From: Eledone cirrhosa
Lineage: Eukaryota
NCBI GenBank assembly: GCA_964016885.1
Contig: OZ024747.1
Span: 46,810,001-46,874,000 of the forward strand
Direction: 5' to 3'
DNA length: 64,000 bases
A model generated the notes under the pieces. It ran no database searches and had not been told where the DNA came from. It saw only the letters and a program-made list of their open reading frames with translations. The number at the start of each line of letters is the position of its first letter. Within the stretch, counting starts at the first letter, position 1. Shown here one piece after another: positions 1 through 14,680 of this stretch. The position numbers were made by a program, and so were the translations under genes.

Positions 1-256
1 TTATCTCATTCCATGTATTTTGATCATGCTTTATTTTTATTTTTATTTTTAATTTCATTCGCACCGTTTCCTTTCGCTATATGTCTCTCCACCACTCCCC
101 TACACACCCTTTGAACTCTGTTCCCCCACACTTCTCACCTGAGGAAGGGCTTATGCCCGAAACGTCGTTCCCCACCAACACCCCACTCTCCAGAGCGTGA
201 AATTAATAAACATTCGTTGTACTGCCTCTCTGTTTTGTTCCTGTTCAAATTTTTCC

Positions 257-260
<4 letters not shown>
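1..260 (+). mobile_element. 3' end (pseudo-LTR) of PLE-like family A, ending in (TA)n
   Basis: Contains an HHR core at 137-168 and AATAAA at about 205, then runs into (TA)n. A near-identical reverse-complement copy lies at 12912-13215 and a related tail at 6200-6280. Confidence 0.7.
137..168 (+). ncRNA. Minimal type I hammerhead ribozyme motif (family A)
   Basis: ac CTGAGGA a GGGC ttat GCCC GAAA cg TC gt. Canonical core, 4-bp stem II, minimal stem III, GUC site. Stem I is only 2 bp. Confidence 0.65.
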
Positions 261-303
<43 letters not shown>

Positions 304-316
304 TTATATATATATA

Positions 317-454
<138 letters not shown>

Positions 455-458
455 CTTT

Positions 459-497
<39 letters not shown>

Positions 498-530
498 CTG
501 TGTGTGTCTGTGTGTGTGAGTATATATATA

Positions 531-656
531 TACCAAAGGAATTGTGGTAAGGAACCAGATGGACCATAACGCACCAGAGTACTCAATACTTAGGGTAGTA
601 GAGTGAGAAATAGCCGTCGAAACGGCTTGAGCTCTCCCGTCGGGGTCATACTTTTT

Positions 657-660
<4 letters not shown>
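531..660. mobile_element. Family B fold-back element with internal deletion, embedded in (TA)n
   Basis: Same sequence as 4001-4208. The centre is deleted between two GAAATAG micro-homologies. Confidence 0.75.
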
Positions 661-701
<41 letters not shown>

Positions 702-708
702 TTATATC

Positions 709-746
<38 letters not shown>

Positions 747-894
747 AATGAGGGTAGGGATGTGTGTGTATTACTTTATTTGTTTATGACTAATTACACC
801 GTGTCCCACTGTTACCTGCCTTGTAATGCCTCACCTTCCCCCAATGGGACAATAAAAGAATCAGGTCTCCTCCTCCTCCTTCTTCTTCTTCTTC

Positions 895-1222
895 CTTTAC
901 GCTCTGAGTTCAAATCCCGCCGAGGTTAGCTTTGCCTTTCATTCTTATGGGATCGATAAAATAAAGTAGTAGTAATGCACTGAGGACAATTTAATCAATT
1001 TTCCCCTCCCCAAAATTGCTGGCCTTTGCATATAGTAGTAATAATAATTGTTTCTATATTTGGCACAAGGCCAGCAATTACCCAGTACATTACTGGTACT
1101 TAATTTTATCGACCCCGTAAGGATGAAAGGCAAAGTTGACCACGGCGGGATTTGAACTCAGAATGGAAAGGGCCGTAACTCTATGCGTCAAAGCATGACG
1201 TCCGAACCTCTACCGATACTGC
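895..1222. mobile_element. Two tail-to-tail copies of the major tRNA-derived SINE (895-1035 +, 1047-1222 -)
   Basis: GAGTTCAAATCCC B-box-like motif and the GCCTTTCATCCTTACGGGGTCGATAAAAT core are present in both orientations. Confidence 0.85.
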
Positions 1223-3158
1223 CAATAAAAAAAAAGTCTTCTCTTGTCGACGATCAATAATTATTATTATTGATCGTCGACAAGAGAAGACTTTTTTTTT
1301 TTTTTTTTCCGATTCTTCATGAGTTTGTAAATTCGGGTTGTTTCCTTTTGAAATTGTATTTGATTTTTGCTGCAAAGGGTTCATAGGACTTCCGTCTACG
1401 CCCTATGAAAGAGAGACTTTATAATATTTGGGCCTTTTGATCCAAATATTTAAACTTTGCCCGTTTTTTTCTTATATTATGGAAAAAATAGACGAGTCAC
1501 GTCCACAAAATTTCGTGTGCCGTTTTGGGATAGCAACTTAAATGAGCACCATTGTGGACAGAGAAAGATTAGCAATTACAAATGCAACATTCAATAACAA
1601 AATTAGCAACACCACCACCAACAACAACATGAACAATAACAGTGAAATGGAACAAACAGCCACAATGAAACAAATTATGAAAATAACGGCAACAACTCCA
1701 AGAGCAACAATATCATTAAAAACAACAATAACTGCAACAACGAAAACAACAAGAAAAAGAGTGAAAGCAACATCAACAATAATCTAAACAACTTCAACAA
1801 CACCACCACCACCAACAACAACAACAACAACAAAAACAATAAGACCAGCAACAGCATCGGCGTCAGCAACACAGACAAAACAAGAACTCTTTCGCTGCTG
1901 CGGCAGCAACAATGAGGCCATACTTTAGCATGGACCTTACGCAAAAAGAGCAAAAAGTTGGCCCAGCCATGGAAGCTCATTACACAGAGGGGGGGGGGCG
2001 GGCTGGGCCAACTTAACTGTCCCGGCAGAGGCCATAGAAGCGGCGGAGAGGAGAACTGTGGTCTTTAGTTACATCCCAGTAGAGACTAAAAGAGCGACCA
2101 ACACTCACGAGGCAGAAGTCGAAGCTGCACAGAGGTGCATCAGAGATAGTAGAGAAAACATAGCGAGGGACAGACAACACGGCACCATCTCGGTGATGTG
2201 AAACATTCAGTGACCTTTGCAAAAGCAGCAAAGTCATTATGTACCAGTTAGCACAGAGCATTTCGCCCGATATTCTAATAATTTCGCTAATATATTGCAT
2301 TGGCCCTGTGTGTGATTTATCAACGTCGAAAAGATGATTAACACCGTTAGCCTCACCAGGACTTCAACTCATAATACAGAGACTTGGAACTAATATTGCA
2401 AGGCATTTAGTATGATGCTCTAATGAATCTTATATTTAATGAGTTGGAATGACTGATATGAACAAGAGACCACTCGAAATATATTTTACCGACAGTCCAG
2501 TCTTCGCCATGATAATTGTATGTATGAAACTAGAACATTTGATGGAGTGATATACGGCGTGTATGGGCTCTTTAAACCTGGCAGATCCACTCCTTATCCA
2601 GGTCTGAACAGAGCCGATTTCTTCTAAAGAAGGAGAAAAGCGATTTAGAGGAAGTGAGAAAGAGGTAAAAAGGAAAACTTGACTCCAGTATTGGACTTTT
2701 TATATTTTGGATAATATTGGATATTTTATATTGACCTCAAATGGGTAAAAGACAAAGTTGACTTCGGCGGGATTTGAACTCGACGTGGAGAGAGCCGAAA
2801 AGAATATATCGCCTTTCACCACCATAACACCAAACCGATAGGCTACTGCTTCAGTTGCTGCTGCTGCAACTAAAATCAAACAGGCTGCAATAGATTTATC
2901 GTTCGATATGCTCGCTCTGAACTATTCAGGTTTGTGTGAATCCCAGACAACAGACTGACATCACGTGTCTATTGATACAGTATCTAAATATAGCCAGCTT
3001 TACTTTGTGACTGTCTGCTCTTAGTATAGTAGAAAGTTGCTGCGGCACAGACACACGGACACAAATACGCGTGCACACACACCCGCAAGCACACGTACAA
3101 AGGCTGGACATAATGGTGAGGCAAATACAGGCTTACAACACACACACACACACACACG

Positions 3159-3207
<49 letters not shown>

Positions 3208-3285
3208 TATATATAATATATATATATATATGATACATATATATATGTATATACTATATATATAAACATATATATAAATATATAC

Positions 3286-3339
<54 letters not shown>

Positions 3340-3365
3340 AAATATATAGATGCACACACACTCAG

Positions 3366-3456
<91 letters not shown>

Positions 3457-3527
3457 CCAAGCAGGGAAAAGCTAACGCAAAATGATGATAATGATGATAT
3501 ATATATGTGTCTGTATATATGTATATG

Positions 3528-3605
<78 letters not shown>

Positions 3606-3619
3606 CACAACACACACAC

Positions 3620-3652
<33 letters not shown>

Positions 3653-3664
3653 TATATATATACA

Positions 3665-3771
<107 letters not shown>

Positions 3772-4000
3772 CCTACCTCCTTGCGCGCTCTGAGTTCCAA
3801 TCCACTGAGTTCAACTTTGCTTTTCATCCTTTCAAAGTCGATAAAAAAGTTCCAGTCCATTCTTCATCTAGAAAGAATCATCTGTGTTCAGTTCTGGAGA
3901 AGGGTGGGCCACACCGGTTTTATATGTGCCCTAGATGTGCCCTATGGTGGTACCCCTAACACTCCACAAGTTATCGGATATTTATCCTTATATATATATA

Positions 4001-4205
4001 TAGGAAAAAGTTTGACCCCGACGACAGAGCTCAAGCTGTTTCGACGGCTATTTCTGGACTAAATTTAGTTCAGAAATAGCCGTCGAAACCACTTGAGCTC
4101 TGCCGTCGGGGTCATACTTTTTTCCTATTTCCCACTCTACTACCCTAAGTATTGAGTACTCTGGTGCGTTATTGGTCCATCTGGTTCCTTACCACAACTC
4201 CTTTG

Positions 4206-4208
<3 letters not shown>
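4001..4208 (+). mobile_element. Family B fold-back element carrying the 3' half of an HHR
   Basis: Short antisense arm, centre CTGGACTAAA/TTTAGTTCAG, long sense arm ending TTGTTA(TA)n. Confidence 0.8.
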
Positions 4209-4299
<91 letters not shown>

Positions 4300-4440
4300 C
4301 TACATACGAACTAGGCGTATGTTAATAGAGTCCAGAAACCTTTGGTACTGAAGTAGTTATATATTGTGTTGTTCACTTTCTTAATAAATAGCTCTGTTCT
4401 ATACATAGAGCACTCTTTATTCGTTTGATTTTTATATATG

Positions 4441-4474
<34 letters not shown>

Positions 4475-4620
4475 TATTTATACATATATATACACACACA
4501 TATATATATACATATGTATATACATATTTATACACATGTATATATATATATACACATATGTATATGCATATATATATATATATACAGGCATATAAATATA
4601 TATTTGTATATATATATATA

Positions 4621-4754
4621 TAGGAACCAATATATATTTAAAAAAAAAAGACTCCAGTTGCATTTTCTATTTCATCTTTTTTCCTTATACTTTCACTCGT
4701 GTAGGACACCTCGGGTTTTTTTCATTTTGTAAAAAAACTTCACTTTCTAATATA

Positions 4755-4819
<65 letters not shown>

Positions 4820-4942
4820 TTTCTAATATATATATATATATATTAGAAAGTGAGTTTTTTTTTATAAAATGAAAAAAAAACGAGGTGTCCTACACGAGTG
4901 AAAGTATAAGGAAAGCGGATGAAATCGAAAAAAAAAAAGAAA
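4621..4942. mobile_element. Two inverted fragments of (TA)n-embedded family H, separated by (TA)n
   Basis: CTTTCACTCGTGTAGGACACCTCG at about 4690 and its reverse complement at about 4881. The same family occurs at 16244-16503 and 47890-47980. Confidence 0.65.
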
Positions 4943-4967
<25 letters not shown>

Positions 4968-4974
<7 letters not shown>

Positions 4975-5629
4975 AAGTTAAATAAAAGTCAAATGATTAA
5001 AATTTAGCTTCGTTTATTACTGCTATATATATTTCAGTGACAGCCATCTTTGGCTGTGACCTCTTCAGGCAGTTTGAATTAGTATGGTATAGACAAGTAC
5101 ATATGTTGTTTAGGTGTATGATATTGTCAATACTCTGATATGCCCAGTTCCTTGCTGGGTTGTTAATTCACTGGGGAACTGGAGTCATATATATGAGTCA
5201 TATATATGACATATGACATATATATGATATATGACATATATATCATATATATGAGTCATATATATGACATATGACATATATATGATATATGACTGGAGTC
5301 ATATATATGACATATGACTCCAGTTCTCCAGTGAATTAACAACCCAACAAGGAACTGGGCATATCAGAGTATTGACAATATCATACACCTAAACAACATA
5401 TGTACTTGTCTATACCATACTAATTCAAACTGCCTGAAGAGGTCACAGCCAAAGATGGCTGTCACTGAAATATATATAGCAGTAATAAACGAAGCTAAAT
5501 TTTAATCATTTGACTTTTATTTAACTTTATTTTACACTACTCCGGAGTAACCAAACCAACCTGCGCACTTCGTCGAGTGCTCCAGCCTGCATACTGAGGT
5601 GTTGGTATACAACCAACATAAACTCAAAA

Positions 5630-5631
<2 letters not shown>
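4968..5631 (+). mobile_element. Family C fold-back element: about 230-bp arms plus a unique 3' tail
   Basis: 4968-5195 is the near-perfect reverse complement of 5307-5534. The tail 5535-5631 is shared with the copy at 47490-47855. Flanked by (TA)n. Confidence 0.85.
5429..5483 (+). ncRNA. Type I hammerhead ribozyme (family C); mirror copy at 5019-5073 (-)
   Basis: ACTGC CTGAAGA ggtcACAGCCA aaga TGGCTGTcact GAAA TATATA TA GCAGT. 5-bp stem I, long stem II, palindromic stem III. Confidence 0.85.
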
Positions 5632-5659
<28 letters not shown>

Positions 5660-5664
<5 letters not shown>

Positions 5665-5732
5665 TAAAATAACAGATTAAAGTTTAAGCAAAGAATCGCT
5701 GCTCTCACCCTTAACGGGATCTTCTGAAACTC
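5660..5732 (-). mobile_element. Family D pLTR fragment with U4A hammerhead (5681-5731)
   Basis: Reverse complement of AGTTTCAGAAGATCCCGTTAAGGGT...TGCTTAAACT. GAAA is mutated to GAGA in this copy. Confidence 0.7.
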
Positions 5733-5837
5733 ATATATACACATATATACACACATATATAAATATATATATATATACATATATACATACATATATATAT
5801 ACATACATATATACATACATATATACATATATATAAA

Positions 5838-5905
<68 letters not shown>

Positions 5906-5908
<3 letters not shown>

Positions 5909-6088
5909 CGAAGGAGTTGTGGTAAGGAACCAGATGGACCATAACGCACCAGAGTACTCAATATTTAGAGTGGGTAATAGGAGAAAGTATGACCCCGACG
6001 GCAGAGCTCAAGCCGGTTCGATGGTTATTTCTGTCCAGAAATAACCGTCGAAACTGCTCGAGCTCTGCCGTCGGGATCATACTTTCTC

Positions 6089-6091
<3 letters not shown>
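5906..6091 (-). mobile_element. Family B fold-back element
   Basis: Long arm 5906 to about 6030, short arm to 6091. Copy-specific variants appear on both arms. Confidence 0.8.
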
Positions 6092-6137
<46 letters not shown>

Positions 6138-6276
6138 CTGTGAAAAAATTAGAGTGCTCAGAGCGAGCCGCACCGGCTTGCATACGAAGTTCCCCAGCAC
6201 CACTCCACTCTGAAGAGCGTGAAACTAATAAACCTCTGTTCGTACTGCCTCTCTGTTTTGTTCCCGTTCAATTTTT

Positions 6277-6328
<52 letters not shown>

Positions 6329-6627
6329 TATACACAGAAAGATACAGCGAAAACATAGATATCATTCAACAATAATTTTAAAACATTTTTTTTTTCCTAA
6401 TTTCTTCTGGTCTTGCGAAATTCTCGGTCGCACGTTTAATGCTTACTTTTATATATGTTATCGGCTGACCATTCCCCTAAAAAAATTCAGTTTAATCTAT
6501 CAAAACAAATGATAGACTATTCAAAACGTATGCACACACAGACGCGCGCGCACACACGGACACATGCAAGTATGTGTGTGTATGAATGTATGTATGTATG
6601 TATGTATGTATGTATGTATGTATGTAT

Positions 6628-7200
6628 GTCAGGTCGCTCTTCGGCGCTACTGGTAACATGTAACCCAGTACAACCAGTGCATTGTCGGATCGTCGGCGAC
6701 TAAATAGGCAAGCGTACGAAGATTGCTTGGTGAAGAGAGGGTTTTTTGGACACCCTGCGAGATGAAAGACATATCCCGATAAAGGGTGGAGGGACTCGGA
6801 AGAGCCACCGGCCATCCAATATATATATATATATAAATATATTTCTTTTTTTTTAGGAGCGAAGGACTCCTAGTCTTCATTCAGACAACTCTGTAGGAGA
6901 AGGCTAATCTCATATAACACATGCAACTTTGTTTGCATGCAATGATGTAGACCAGTCCTTCTTTTTGGGCAAATTCATTTGATGTTCAGTGAGTGGGATT
7001 GGCCCCGTGTAAAGCCTTTCTTTACTTAAAAATGCCTCATGCACTTACATCATTTCATGTGTGACATTTTTTGTTATGCATGGTATTGCTGGCCACAGGC
7101 AAGCCCCTAGCAGGACTAAAAAGACAAGTCCGTGATGTTCATGCTTAAATATCAAGCGATGGCATTATTCGAAATCGAGTTGCAGTCATCATCATCATGT
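6628..7200 (+). mobile_element. SINE or non-autonomous LINE derivative between (TATG)n tracts; related copy at 49690-50010 (-)
   Basis: Shares GAGTGGGATTGGC and TAGGAGAAGGC segments and a (CAT)n/(TATG)n tail with the reverse complement of 49690-50010. Confidence 0.5.
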
Positions 7201-7397
7201 ATGTATGTATGCATGTAGACATATTTCAAAGTATGTAGTCTAGTGAGATAAGGTGCTGAGTTCGCCAGCTCGATTGTTATAGCAGGCAGAGTTTCTGCTC
7301 CTGAACATGCTGATTCATTTCAGGTTGATATTCACGATAGAACTTGGACCACTCCACTATCATTAAAATGTCAGCTAAAGTGCAAATGTTTGAGCGG

Positions 7398-7485
<88 letters not shown>

Positions 7486-7706
7486 AGTGAGGGCAGACAG
7501 GACAAAGTCAATGGAAAAAGACAACGATAAGTCGGCCAGTCCCCTCTCCTCAGTCAAACACTGGAAATCCCTACGATTTCGGTTATAACGTGATATCCTT
7601 CATTCCAGTACGCAAAGGGTTAGCCTAAGGAGAAATATATAGAAAGAAGAGAAATAATAAAACAGAAGAGCATGAAGGCTGTTGTCCAATTTGCTGACAA
7701 AGGACA

Positions 7707-7757
<51 letters not shown>

Positions 7758-8087
7758 CTGGCGTACTGCCTACTGCGCTACTGCTATGGTCTGTGGTTAG
7801 AGAGATGCATTCAAAATCGCGAGCCTATGAGTTTGTTTCGGACCGGAGGATGCAATGTGTCTTTGAGTAAAACACTTTATCTCACGTTGCTCCGATTCAT
7901 TCAGTTGTAGAAATGAATTGTGACGTCATTGGTGGCAAGTTGTATCGGCTTTTGCATTTCTCTTGTGTCTCGGAGTCACAAGTGGTCTTCTCTAGCTAAG
8001 TTAAGAGGTGTAAGATGAAATAAAGTGTCTTGCTCAAGAACATAACGCACCGACTGATCTGTGAATCGAAATCATAACCCCCAAACC

Positions 8088-8115
<28 letters not shown>

Positions 8116-8118
<3 letters not shown>

Positions 8119-8420
8119 ATGGAAAACGAAAAATCAGTGATACATCGGAACTCAATATATTGTGTTCCGTGGAGGTTCCTCGGACACGATCCGAAATCAA
8201 TAAATGTTTCCGAGGAACCTGCGAGTCTAGAGTCAGGTTGATCCACACACGAATCGCACCTCGAGCTGTTCGCCGGGGAAACAATTGTAACACACAATAA
8301 ATTGAGTTCCGATGCATCACTGATTTTTCGTTTTCCATTCTATAATACTCTACTCCGAGGGAGCATAGAGTGCTCAACCAACTTACCGCCTATGGAAACA
8401 TCTTAGCTACCATTAGACAT
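8116..8420 (+). mobile_element. Large-loop fold-back element (arms 8116-8166 and 8290-8341)
   Basis: AGAATGGAAAACGAAAAATCAGTGAT... is mirrored. Inner hairpin AGGTTCCTCGGA/TCCGAGGAACCT. An HHR-like 3' half GAAA CAATTG TA lies at about 8278. Confidence 0.65.
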
Positions 8421-8462
8421 ATATATATATATTGTTTAAAGTTTACTTGTTCCGCTCATCTC

Positions 8463-8520
<58 letters not shown>

Positions 8521-8524
<4 letters not shown>

Positions 8525-8746
8525 TTAATAATAAATTTAAAGACTAAAATCCAAAGAAGGCTCGATAAGGATAAATATATATCAAATATATATTTGAACC
8601 GTAGAGCAAATATTTATTAAAATAACAGATTAAAGTTTAAGCAAAGAATCGCTGCTTTCACCCGTAACGGAATTTGTTAGTTTCAGAAGATCCCGTTAAG
8701 GGTGAAAGCAGCGATTCTTTGCTTAAACTTTAATCTGTTATTTTAA

Positions 8747-8750
<4 letters not shown>
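8521..8750. mobile_element. Family D fold-back element with complete U4A hammerhead at 8679-8729 (+)
   Basis: AGTTT CAGAAGA tCCC gttaa GGGt GAAA GCA gcgattctt TGC TT AAACT. Arms are mirrored around about 8672. Confidence 0.8.
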
Positions 8751-8828
<78 letters not shown>

Positions 8829-9023
8829 TGGGGGGGGGGCGTAGATAGTCAATTCTATAAGTTGATAAAACAACATTAAAGAGTTCAGATATTTATTTAA
8901 TACTCGAATGTGGTTTATTCAATATCCAGAACAGCGAGAAGTAAATCTTAGATTTATAGTCACAGACCATACATATAACAAAGAAAATGGGTCAATAAGT
9001 TCAACAGTTAATACATTATTTAT

Positions 9024-9094
9024 TTGATCTACACATGTTTCATTCTCTATATATATTATTAACAATACCCTTACAAAGAGATCATCACAATCAA
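9024..9094 (-). ncRNA. Decayed type I hammerhead (C3G)
   Basis: Minus strand: TTGATT GTGATGA TCTCT...AGAGAat GAAA CATGTG TA GATCAA. 6-bp stem I is intact. Confidence 0.5.
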
Positions 9095-9274
9095 TTATAT
9101 ATATAATATATTAAAAAGTGTGTAATTACTGACCGATCCATGTACATACCAGCATGTTGTAGCCGCAAATTGTAAACACTTTTTTTTCTAGGTTTTTTTT
9201 GATAGTTTTTCTACTGGTATTACCTGGTATTACCAACAGTCCTATTCTGATGTGAATATAATATATGTCTGTGC

Positions 9275-9700
9275 ACGGTGGATTACCAGTATCGGTAGAG
9301 GGTCTGACGCCATGCTTTGCAGCATAGAGTTATGGACCTTTGTGATTTGAGTTCAAATCCCGTCGAGGTTAACTTTGCCTTTCATCCTTATGGGGTCGAT
9401 AAAATAAAGTAACAGTCACGACCGACTGGGGTCGGTTTAATCGACTTTCCCCTCCTCCAAAATTGCTGGCCTTGTGCCTATATAAGAAAGCAATATAATA
9501 TATGTCTGTGAACGGTGGATTGGAAGTATCGGTAGCGGGTCAGACGCCATGCTTTGCAGCATAGAGTTTACGGCTCTTTATGATGTGAGTTCAAATCCCG
9601 TCGAGGTTAACTGTGCTTTTCATCCTTACGGGGGTCGATAAAATAAAGTACCAGTAATGTACTGGAATAATTGCTGGCCTTGTGTCAAAATGTAGAAACA
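9275..9700 (+). mobile_element. Two tandem major SINE copies (long and short subfamily)
   Basis: Full SINE bodies bounded by three copies of an AATATAATATATGTCTGT-like target duplication at about 9256, 9492 and 9700. Confidence 0.85.
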
Positions 9701-10018
9701 AATATAATCTATATCTGTAATTTGTACAAATATATTAGTATTCACTGAAGTTATAATCACATTTAACGTCACTTTATAGCATTAAAGGGTGAATGTCTAT
9801 GGAAGCAAATAATTGCTAAAAATATCTAGGGTTTATCACTGTTTATTTTATTTGGTTACTTATATGTACACACACCAACGTTCACACACGCATACATCAA
9901 TGCACACACACACACACATACATATATATATATTCACTATATATATATATATATGCATAAAGACATACCACCCACACGCACAAACATACGCACCCGCACA
10001 TACTCACAACCATATATG

Positions 10019-10070
<52 letters not shown>

Positions 10071-10072
<2 letters not shown>

Positions 10073-10260
10073 ACGAAGGAAATGTGGTAAGGAACCAGAT
10101 GGACCATAACACACCAAAGTACTCAATACTTAGGGTAGTAGAGTGGGTAATAGGAACGAGTAGGACCCCGACGGCTGAGCTCAAGCCGTTTCGACGGCTA
10201 ATTCTGGACTGAATTAGCCGTCGAAACGGCTTGAGCTCAGCCGTCGGGGTCCTACTTGTT

Positions 10261-10265
<5 letters not shown>
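10071..10265 (-). mobile_element. Family B fold-back element
   Basis: Arms mirrored around CTGGACTG at about 10207. Confidence 0.8.
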
Positions 10266-10297
<32 letters not shown>

Positions 10298-10432
10298 GTG
10301 TATGTATATATATATATTTATTAAAATAATATTTTAATAAATATTTGCTCTACGGTTCTTATATATTTGATATATATTTTCCTTATCGAGCCCTCTTTGG
10401 ATTTTAGTCTTCCATTTTATTATTATTATTAT

Positions 10433-10485
<53 letters not shown>

Positions 10486-10613
10486 TATATATATATATAT
10501 ATAAGGATCAGTGCGCCGACGTTACACCTTTGTATGAATATATGATTATTTGTACATGTGCGTGTATGCATATGTATGGATACACGTATTTACGTACTTA
10601 TTGACATGAAGAC

Positions 10614-10666
<53 letters not shown>

Positions 10667-10687
10667 TATGTATAGATATACACACAC

Positions 10688-10726
<39 letters not shown>

Positions 10727-10761
10727 TATATGTATATATATATAAACACACACACATACAT

Positions 10762-11365
<604 letters not shown>

Positions 11366-12353
11366 GTGTGTATGTATGTATGTTTTGAGACGATTAGACT
11401 AGAATTTGGTGTTATTTCTAGCAGATTGACAACCGCAATGAGGCTTCTCGGCTGCCTCGACAGTGTCCATTTTATACACCATATATTACTGTGTCCAAAG
11501 CGTGCAAAATATATAACAGTAATATAATGGTTCTTTCCAGCACATTCCTTTTCTGCCCACAACCGAAAGTGTAACAAGTTGTATATTGGGGCTGGTTTGG
11601 TGAATGTGCTTTGTCTACGTTTGTAAAGAGAGTTTGTGTATTAATCTATATTCTATGTCTGTGTCAGTAAATATGTGTGTTTACGTCTAAGTTGGTTTAT
11701 GTGTTATTCCGTGTGTGTGTTTGTGTACATCTGTTTGTGTGTGTAAGTGGTGTTTCTGTCTGTGTGTGTACGTGTGCTTCTGCGCACATTTGTGTGTGGG
11801 TGTACAAGTGTGTGTTTATGTGAGTGAGAGCGAGTGTGTTGTATTTTGCTATTGTATGTTTACTATATACTTTCTAATTGCTAGTCGATTAAACAAACCG
11901 TCTGCTAACACCTATATACCATTTGTATGTATGCTTCTTTGGTATATAAGTATGTATCTATAATGTATGTATGTATGTATGTATGTATGTATGTATGTAT
12001 GTATGTATAATGTATGTATGTATGTATGTATAATGTATGTATGTATATAAGTATGTATGTATGTATGTATAATGTATGTATGTATATAAGTATGTATGTA
12101 TAATGTATGTATGTATAATGTATGTATGTATAATCTATGTATGTATAACGTATATATGTATGTATAATGTATGTATGTATTTGTAATATTTATATATGTA
12201 TGTATATACATATGTGTATGTATATACGTATATATGTATGTATCTAAGTATGTATGGATGTATATAGTATATATATATATGAATATACTTCTGTATGTAT
12301 ATACGTATATACATACAAATATGTATGTATCTAAGTATGTATGGATGTATATA

Positions 12354-12392
<39 letters not shown>

Positions 12393-12784
12393 TATACTTC
12401 ATGATATATACGCTTCGTGTTGTATCAATATATATGATGGAATATATTGCAGTCGAGTTTATACACATCCACACACCCACACTCACGCACACTCACGCAC
12501 CCTCGCATGCAACACTCACTCGCACACAATTTTACATACACAGGCGCACATATACACACTGTATACGTTTATCTATATGTATGTATGTACGACGCAGTAA
12601 TGCACACGTATACAGGTATACTCAAACATATGTACAGGGTGTCTCCGTGTTTGTATTTTTTTAAATTACATACACACACACACATATATATATATATATA
12701 TGCATATATGACTATCCAGGAAGCTCCAACCCTTGTCTTTCTTCAGGGTATGTCAATATTTATTTATAAAACTAATCTGTACTG

Positions 12785-12850
12785 TATTTTATCTGATGAA
12801 AGCGCACCATAATTTTCCTTGGTGGCCCTTGAAATATGTATAATAAAATA
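12785..12850 (+). ncRNA. Type I hammerhead ribozyme (family G) inside element 12710-12895
   Basis: TATTTTAT CTGATGA aagcgCACCA...TGGTGgccctt GAAA TATGTA TA ATAAAATA. 8-bp stem I. Confidence 0.75.
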
Positions 12851-12911
12851 AATAAGGTTTTATAAATATAGTTTCCATTTGTTAATATATTGTATATTTA
12901 TATATATATAT

Positions 12912-13517
12912 ATAATGGAAAATTTGAACAGGAACAAAACAGAGAGGAAGTACAACGAATGTTTATTAATTTCACGCTCTGGAGAGTGGGGTGGTGGTGG
13001 CGAACGACGTTTCGGGCATAAGCCCTTCCTCAGGTGAGAAGTGTGTAGGAAGAGAGTTCAAAGGGTGTGTAGGGGAGTGGTGGAGAGACATATAGCGAAA
13101 AGGGGGGTGGGAGGAAACGGTGCGAATGAAATTAAAAATAAAAATAAAAATAAAGTATGATCAAAATAAAATGAAATGAAATAAAAATAAATATAAAAGC
13201 ATGATCAAAATAAACTGAAATTAAAAAGGGGTAAAACAGGTGGTGGAAGGGTGTGGGGTGTGTAGGGGTGGTGGCGGATGGAGTGGGGAGAGGGAGACGG
13301 GGTGTCCGAGCGGGGAGGGCTGAAGGTGGTGTGTGTGTGTAGGTGTACGTGTGTGTGTGTGTGTGTGTATGTGAAAGCAAGGGTTGGGGGAAGAACGGGG
13401 TTGCATGTTCAGGAAGAGGTGTGTATGGGGTGGGGTGTAGGTCGGAGTGTCTGTGCGTGTGTGGATAGAGTGGTGGGGGGAGAGGAATCCGGAGGCTGAG
13501 GGTGTAAATATGTGTAC

Positions 13518-13564
<47 letters not shown>

Positions 13565-13573
13565 CGTGTATAA

Positions 13574-13627
<54 letters not shown>

Positions 13628-13800
13628 GGAGGGAGGGAGAGAGAGAGAGAGTGAGAGAGAGAGTGAGAGGGAGAGGGGGGGGGGGTAAAAAGGTGAGGCG
13701 CAAATCAATGACAACAGAAGAAACAACGGAAAAACGGACATGTATATATACATATAAATGTATGAATCGCTAGGATGAAAATGTTTTGACAGCTTGCTCT
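12912..13800 (-). mobile_element. Family A PLE-like 3' region with HHR at 13004-13035
   Basis: Reverse complement of 1-260, extended upstream by a low-complexity UTR-like tract. The upstream boundary is uncertain. Confidence 0.65.
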
Positions 13801-14282
13801 TCTAACACATGTGTATAAGTTTGTGTGTGTACGAATTTGCATGCCTAGCGTATGGCTGATGAGGAAAAAGATGTTTCTGTTCATTCAACCAACGTGTATC
13901 GTTTCTTTTTCTTTATCGAGTGCAACTTTGCTATAAATATGTGTGTATGGGGGGGGGGTATGTTCGTGTGTGTGTGTGTGTTAACGTGAGTGTGTTATAT
14001 ATAGAAAGGGCTTCTACAGAAATAGAAGAGTTTCATTCGTATAAATTCAGCAAAGGAATGAAACACTTTTAGCCCTATAGAAGTCATTTATATACTTTAA
14101 ACAATTATGCCTAAGTATTGACTACTTTCTTAACCGTGGCCAACTCCCGATATCCATTGGGATTCCACCCATTATATACATACATACATACATACATACA
14201 TACATACATACATACATACATACATACATACATACATACATACATACATACATCCACACACACACACGCGCACACACACACA

Positions 14283-14318
<36 letters not shown>

Positions 14319-14322
14319 ATGG

Positions 14323-14680
14323 ACGAGGTGTCAAATTTTCATTAAGTTTATTCATGTGTGACAGGCGTTTCGCGATTGATCAACTCAAGGTTTGATCCAT
14401 ATCAATCGGACCCGACTTTGAAATCAAAATGAGCCGTATCTAAATGCTATAGGTCTAGGAATCGTTCTTCGGATATTTGACTTTCATGAAATACAGTCTC
14501 TCGTGGGTTTGCAAAAGAGGCCCAGTTAAAGCATAAATATATGATAGCAACAGTATTTCAAACAGCCTTAATTCTTTACCCGTAGCAATTAGGATTCCGT
14601 AGATTAGCACAGGGCCGCATATCAGTTGAGACACAAATATAATCGATTGAATAGACTCCAGTACAAATTTCACACCTTGA
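14323..14680. mobile_element. Possible Tc1/mariner-type MITE
   Basis: Imperfect terminal inverted repeats ACGAGGTGTCAAATTT and AAATTTCACACCTTGA. Confidence 0.4.

Noticed and set aside
13855-13890. CTGATGA hammerhead-like start
   Set aside because: No stem II, GAAA and stem III arrangement follows.
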